DNA of 63,565 nt, the filler included. It is 13 parts of 13 records of this genome, joined end to end, with 100 filler letters (N's around TTAATTAATTAA, not from the genome) between each part and the next. Parts side by side here need not be neighbours in the genome. Positions count along the whole stretch, not along the records: positions 56,329 to 59,367 come from SRR7504441_29406; positions 59,468 to 63,565 come from SRR7504441_29630; 11 more parts are not named here. The stretch is one strand, 5' to 3'. Made by a program: the position numbers and the translations under genes. Shown piece after piece: positions 58,086 through 63,565 of this stretch (positions are counted from its first letter, which is position 1; each line of letters begins with the position of its first letter). A model generated the notes under the pieces. The model was not told the origin of the DNA. It searched no databases and was given only the letters and a program-made list of their open reading frames with translations.

Positions 58086-59261
58086 CTAACCATGGCCATG
58101 CTCCTCAGGCATTGCAGCGGTGGCCGGCCGGAACCAGCCCATCAGCTTGCGGATTTGCGGCTCAAGAAAGTCGCAGATCTTGTTGTGCCCAACCGGACCG
58201 TGATGTCCAAAGTGGCCCGGCGGGTCCTCGTCCGCCACCACCCCGACCGGCACCTCAACAAACACCACGCTTGGGTCAGCAAATTGCTGCACTGCGCACT
58301 CCACCCGACCTGCCGCCTTGTTCCTTCGCGGGTCCGACGGCACCGAACCGCCGCAGATGTTGAGCAGCACTGCCTGTGGGTAGGCGCGCCGGAGCTGCTC
58401 GAGCATTTCAACGTATGCCCGCACAAACCTTTGCTCTGAGGTCGGGCAGCAGTTGTTGTAGTCGTTGCCACCTACATCGAGCACCACCAAGTCGGGCGTC
58501 CAGCTGCTGAAATCCCACTCGGGCTCGGCCGATGTGGCCAGCGTCCGGTTGAGCAGCTCGGGCAGCGGAGGGCACCCGAAGATGCCACAGCCTTGGAAGG
58601 CGTTCATCACGACTCCTTTGCCCGACCAAGCTTCGACGTGCACCTCTGCGCCGAGCCGCCGGGCCAGTTCGGCGCTGTAGCACAAATCGCCATTGTGCAC
58701 CTCGTTGCGCAGCATCGCCGAGCAGCCGCCGTCAGACCCGCAGTCGGCTCCGAACCCGCATGTGTCGCTCCCGCCCATGAACTCCACCCGGCGGGTCGGG
58801 CGCGCCGCCATCGGGAGCACTGTGCTGCCCTCCGGGAGCTGCCAGCCACCGAATGTCATCGGGGCCTGCATCCCGAGCATCCGGCCCAGGCAGCCCAGCC
58901 GGGGCACCCCGGAGTGGCTGGCTTCGGTCAACTTGCACAGCCGCGCCACATACACCCCCGGCTGGACCTCCCCGAGCACCACCGGCCGGACCGCCCCAGG
59001 GGCCTCGGCCGTGAAGGTGGTGCGGTGCACCTCGGTCGCCTCCTCGCCCACCGTCTTGTCGTCCGCGTCGGCGGGCATGGCCGTGAAGCTGGCCAGGAAC
59101 CGGTTGGCAGCCCCGTCGAGCAGCGCGCTCACAGGCCCGGCCTCCAGGCAGCTGAACTTGACCGCCACGGCTGTGAGCGGCCAGTCTGCTGTGGCCCCGT
59201 CGGGTGTGTGCGCCCACCGCCCCTCGTACCGCACGAGTGGTGCCCCCGACTCGACGAGCAT
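58086..59261 (-). CDS. Second CE2-like SGNH esterase, intronless (alternative start 59324)
   Basis: VRYEGRW..DWP, KLTEA, VEFMGGSDTCGFG, AWSGKG, WDFSSWTPDLVVLDVGGND, GHHGPVGH. Confidence 0.87.
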   Translation of the reverse strand: MLVESGAPLVRYEGRWAHTPDGATADWPLTAVAVKFSCLEAGPVSALLDGAANRFLASFTAMPADADDKTVGEEATEVHRTTFTAEAPGAVRPVVLGEVQPGVYVARLCKLTEASHSGVPRLGCLGRMLGMQAPMTFGGWQLPEGSTVLPMAARPTRRVEFMGGSDTCGFGADCGSDGGCSAMLRNEVHNGDLCYSAELARRLGAEVHVEAWSGKGVVMNAFQGCGIFGCPPLPELLNRTLATSAEPEWDFSSWTPDLVVLDVGGNDYNNCCPTSEQRFVRAYVEMLEQLRRAYPQAVLLNICGGSVPSDPRRNKAAGRVECAVQQFADPSVVFVEVPVGVVADEDPPGHFGHHGPVGHNKICDFLEPQIRKLMGWFRPATAAMPEEHGHG

Positions 59262-59611
59262 GCTGCAGCACTCGTAGTGGTCGTCGTGACCGCGAGCCGT
59301 CTTCTTCCTGCAGAGCCGTTGCATGTAGGACTGGCCATGGGACGATTTTGATGATTTTTGATTTACTNNNNNNNNNNNNNNNNNNNNNNNNNNNNNNNNN
59401 NNNNNNNNNNNTTAATTAATTAANNNNNNNNNNNNNNNNNNNNNNNNNNNNNNNNNNNNNNNNNNNNCTTGATGATTACTAATTGCAGTAGGGGCAGTAT
59501 TTAGTTAGCAGCGAGGTTGAGTAATTACTTGTATAGTAATCATTAAAACGATTTACAACTCCTCCACCGGCCGTTGGACCAGCGTGGGGCTGGTCGGCTG
59601 GGCTGGGCTGA

Positions 59612-61306
59612 GTGGCGGGGCAGGATTGCGTCAACTGCACCGGCTGCGTCAACTGCGACGACTGCGTCAACTGTGTCAATTGCGTCAACTGCGACGACTG
59701 CCGCGACTGCGTGGACTGTGTCAACTGCGATGGCTGTGTCGGACTGCGGGGGGCGAGCGGCGCCGACGGGGAGGTCGCCGCACCAGCTGCGCCAACGCCG
59801 TCGGCTCCCGCGCCCCAAGTACCACCGGCCGAGGACATCGACCCAGCCAACGCCAAGAGCCGCGGGCTGACTTGGGTGCTGGATGGCGACCTGGACCGGG
59901 TCAAGCAGGACGCCGAGATCCCGGACCCGAGCCCCCCCGAACCGACCCGCCCGCCGACCGAGGCACCGGCCGACAAGCCAGGCGGGACGATCTGCGTGGC
60001 TTGTGCGGAGTGCAACAACTGGCTGTTTCACGGGATTCGGCGGGAGACGGGCCACAGCTGGGACGGGACGTCAGGGGAGACCTTCGAGCTCATGTCCGAA
60101 GTGAACTACACGCAAGAGCCGGCTGTGAAAATACAGCTGATGCAGGGTGAAGCCTCCATGGCGAACATCAAATGCAATGCGTGCAATGCCAAGATCGGCG
60201 CAGTGTTCGCGACCTCGCCGACCCCTGGGCAGGCTGGCAGCGTGCTGGTGAAGCTCTGCGCTGTGTCGTTCGACGGCGTGACCGAGTCCCAGCGGCATGA
60301 AGATGAGATGAAGAAACGGCTTGAGAAGGCGGCTGCAGTGGACCCTTATGATCCGTGCTTCGGCAAGCTGAGCGCCGACTATGGAGTCCGGCTGGGGCCG
60401 TTTGTACCAAATTCGAGCGATATGAGTCTGGAGCTAGAGGACGGCGAGAAGGCAGTTTGTTACTATGTGTGCCCGCCCAGAATGGATCTGGAGACCGGGT
60501 ACAGCAAGGACGGCAGGCTGGTGTATGATCGATGGGAGATGAGTTACAAGGGCAAGCAGGCCACAAATATACGGCACTCGGGCGCCCGGACTGCTACGCT
60601 CGAGAAGGGCGACGTGGCCGGGCAAGCAATTCGGTGTGTCGGGCCTGGCACGGTGCAAATCAAGATGGCCTGGCGGAGCAGGGACCGGCTCGTCGAGGAG
60701 CGGACCAGTGGCACAAGCTACCTGGAGCCTGAGCCGTTATTCCAGCACCCTGACGATGCTGACCACACCAATCCGGGACCGGCCGGTCGGATTAACGACC
60801 CGCGGTTTGTGGAGTGGCTAAAGTTGGGGAAGCTGGAAGAGATGCTCCCCGGAGAGGACAGAGTGCATTACGCCCGCCGACTCCGCACGCACATCAACAG
60901 CACGATCGTTTACCGGTGGCCGACAACAGAGAGCATGGCTGCTAGGGCCACTCCGGGCGGAATTGTTGCACTTGGCGCGACCGACTGCGGCGGCGGGACC
61001 TACTTGTTCACGTGCGCTATGCAAAGGCAGAACATTCCTTGTCGTGCTTCCTTGGCGGTTATGCACGTGTACGCGGAGATGTACATTGATGGCTGTGGCT
61101 GGGTTGGGTTTGATACTACGCCTGGCATACCTACAGACTTTTCTGACCCGACAGGAACCTGCGGACACACGATCTCTGTCGGCTGCGCGCCAACTTTGGA
61201 CTTGTCATCGTTTGGAGGAGGCCCCAGGCAGTTCTTCCTGCAGCAAATGCCAGGAACGATCGGGTGGCCCAAAAACGCCTGGAAGGGGGGGCGGAATGGC
61301 TCGTGA
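59612..61306 (+). CDS. (Cxx)13 repeat + Yippee-like Zn domain + transglutaminase-like domain protein; true start not resolved
   Basis: CVNCTGCVNCDDC.. repeat; CAECNNWL..IKCNACNAKIG; triad TDCGGG / HVYAEMY / GWVGFDTT. Confidence 0.8.
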   Translation: MAGQDCVNCTGCVNCDDCVNCVNCVNCDDCRDCVDCVNCDGCVGLRGASGADGEVAAPAAPTPSAPAPQVPPAEDIDPANAKSRGLTWVLDGDLDRVKQDAEIPDPSPPEPTRPPTEAPADKPGGTICVACAECNNWLFHGIRRETGHSWDGTSGETFELMSEVNYTQEPAVKIQLMQGEASMANIKCNACNAKIGAVFATSPTPGQAGSVLVKLCAVSFDGVTESQRHEDEMKKRLEKAAAVDPYDPCFGKLSADYGVRLGPFVPNSSDMSLELEDGEKAVCYYVCPPRMDLETGYSKDGRLVYDRWEMSYKGKQATNIRHSGARTATLEKGDVAGQAIRCVGPGTVQIKMAWRSRDRLVEERTSGTSYLEPEPLFQHPDDADHTNPGPAGRINDPRFVEWLKLGKLEEMLPGEDRVHYARRLRTHINSTIVYRWPTTESMAARATPGGIVALGATDCGGGTYLFTCAMQRQNIPCRASLAVMHVYAEMYIDGCGWVGFDTTPGIPTDFSDPTGTCGHTISVGCAPTLDLSSFGGGPRQFFLQQMPGTIGWPKNAWKGGRNGS

Positions 61307-61644
61307 TCACTGTCTGAGCACTGTGATGGCTGTCGATAGTGTTACTCTTATACATGTACATGCATGTTGCTGACATGACATCATGTACAATTACTGAGAT
61401 TTACTAATTTCATGGATGCATTGTTTGTACATGACGGATTGTACGCCACATGTGTATGATTGTGTCAAATTGCAAAACTTGATGTAATAAACTTACTTGC
61501 ACATCATGATGATCGTGTACACGGCTATTATACAAGGAAGCTACAAGGAAGCAATTAGGTGTCATGTTTCGTAAAAGCACGTACTTGTTAATCTAGCTTG
61601 GCGGATCCCGGATGCACGTATTTAGTACGTATTTAGCACGTATT

Positions 61645-63565
61645 CTAGTGCATCTTACTCATGACATTGTTCAGGATCCAGCCCACTGTTTCCTCCATTT
61701 TGCTCCAGGTGATCTTGTCTTGCAAATGTGCTGGCACTCCTGGCACTGGATCAGTCGGTCCGCAGCTGTGGCTTGGATCAAGTTTCATCAGGATTTGGTA
61801 GTAAATCTTGCCTGCGAGTAAATAATCCTTTTCTTGCGCTGCGGTATCTGCCTCTGAGAACATCGCAGCCACCTCACCAGATACTGAGGCATCTGCAGAT
61901 GGCATCTCCCCGGCTGCTCTCCGCACTACCGTGTGCCAGCTGTAGGTGTCCTGACATGGAGAGCTCATCAGAACCTCGTTGTGGTATCCATAGCCGGCCT
62001 CAGGGCAGCTCCACTGCAAAACCAAAGATCGTCAGTCGAATGACTAAAAAAAGGCATTCACCTCGAATATGACCAGCTGCGCCTTGGGTCGGCCAGCTTG
62101 CTCCCCCTCAGCGCATTCTGTTGGATTGAACGCAATTTCAAAGGCAAACTTTTCATCGAAAGTCGAAATGGCCTGTGGCCGGGGCATGCCCACCTTATAG
62201 TAATGCGCTGTGTGGAGCAAGTTTTTGTATTTGCACTCTCGGTATCCATCATCGAGCTCTGAGAGCGCCAGGAAGCAAGCGATCGAATCGCCACCAAATT
62301 TGCCCTTTGCGGTTGTGCGGCCGACGGACCCTTCCGCGGTATCAGGCAGATCGAAACACTCGAGCACAGCTTCTTCCTCGTATGTTTCCATGAGGCAGTA
62401 GGAGTCGTACTCAAGTCCTCCGGACTTTGTCGGGTTCTTATCGTAGTTCAGCCCTCGGTAGCTCAGCATCGAGTCATCCGGTATTTGGCTCAAGGTAATG
62501 TTACCAACGCTCGGCCGCTGCTGGAACAGCGCCTCCATGGCAGCCATGTGCATGTCCTTCCCTTCAAAGTAATAGTGCCCGGCTGGCCAGCTACTCCGCG
62601 GCATCAGGCTCACATAAGCCAACGGTATCTTTCCAGTCACTGGGTCAATCACGATCCGGAACACCAGGTAGTCGGAGCCACGGGCCGGCGACTTAATCCC
62701 GTCGCGCTGCTTCCCGTCTGAGCTGGTCACTCCGCCGGACACTTCACAAAGGATCAGCGCCGCCCCAAACCCGTCGGCCGGCGCCTCCCTAGTCACGTGC
62801 TGCATCACTTTCAATCGCCCGCCACCAATCAGCGCTGTGAACAGCGCTCGTGGGTTCTGAGAGTCGTCTACTCGCCTTCGCGCGTTCAAGAACGTGTCGT
62901 GGGCGCCAGCAAGGTGCGACTCGTACATGTTTTCACAGAAAAGCGACGCATTCTTCATCGAAAGCTCGTGCATCGCTCCCAGCCCTGGGGTGGCGATATC
63001 ATTGTACACAATCAACCCGACCGAATGGTGATGCCACAGCGCCCGAGCGGCGTCGCCCGCCCCCAGCGCTTCCAGGTATGCACGGACCGTCTCGGCCACA
63101 CCGGAACAGGCCAGTGGCCAGCGCAGCAGCCCCTTGGTTGCCGCCGACTCGGGCAGCAGGTTTCCAGTCAGGAACCGACCAAACACGTCGCTCCCGCCGA
63201 GCCCCTGGACGAGCTGCTCGAGCAGATTAAACCCGCCGCCGGCGTCCTCCTCGAGCTCATACACCAGCTCGTCCTGGCCCTCCCACCGGTGCCGGGCACC
63301 GTCTTCGTCGGTCCACCAGACCGCCGCGCTTTGCGGCCGATGCACCGCCTTAACTCTAACCGCCTTCCACCACACCTCGGGAGGTTGGAACCCGAGCTGC
63401 TGCGAAATCGCCTCCCAGCCGGTCCGGAGCACGAACCCAGCCTCCAATCGATCCCCCGCCTCGAATTTGGTGGCGAACTGGCTCCGCGGCAAAGAGGCGT
63501 CCATCTCCGGCGGCCGGACCCAGCGGGTCTCGCGAGTCTCGGTGTGGTAGTAGTACGGCTTGCCG
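61645..63565 (-). CDS. WW-domain-containing hypothetical protein, 5' truncated, one intron near 62014-62061
   Basis: The window edge reads GKPYYYHTETRETRWVRP (second half of a WW domain); a GT-AG intron joins ..LVIFE to WSCPEAG.. of ORF 61645-62025. Confidence 0.7.

Noticed and set aside
4751-59467. TTAATTAATTAA repeated 12 times at intervals, suggesting a repeat array or nanochromosome boundary
   Set aside because: Always centred in 44N+44N; it is a synthetic six-frame-stop linker. Gene neighbourhoods across linkers are therefore meaningless.

Overview
Not one locus: 13 contigs of about 3-9 kb joined by 12 artificial 100-bp linkers (44N + TTAATTAATTAA + 44N). The DNA is from a GC-rich, gene-dense flagellated microbial eukaryote; the lineage cannot be assigned from this window. 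Most genes are split by short spliceosomal introns, mostly 36-50 nt, so the ORF track is fragmented and I rebuilt gene models by hand. Recognisable genes include a P4-ATPase, VAC14, RhoGAP, Ku80, SF1/BBP, RNF121, CFAP70, a NEK kinase, a DNAL1/LC1 homologue, a MINDY deubiquitinase, an ABCG transporter, a nitrilase, a sialate O-acetylesterase and two CE2-like SGNH esterases. Most interesting: (1) a prokaryote-type pentameric ligand-gated channel with no obvious signal peptide, fused to an uncharacterised N-terminal domain, next to a two-pore channel with a PAS-like tail; (2) many GC-AG mini-introns with degenerate donor, branch and acceptor signals; (3) a YAACGG (Myb-type) motif recurring in the short promoters; (4) unusual fusions: LC1+EF-hands, Ubl+2xTerD+CaaX, (Cxx)13+Yippee-like+transglutaminase, Cys-rich repeats+ankyrin, RING+AP2; (5) three neighbouring intronless, membrane-anchored tailoring enzymes. 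I saw no rRNA, tRNA or CRISPR array. All family calls are motif recognition by eye, not database hits.
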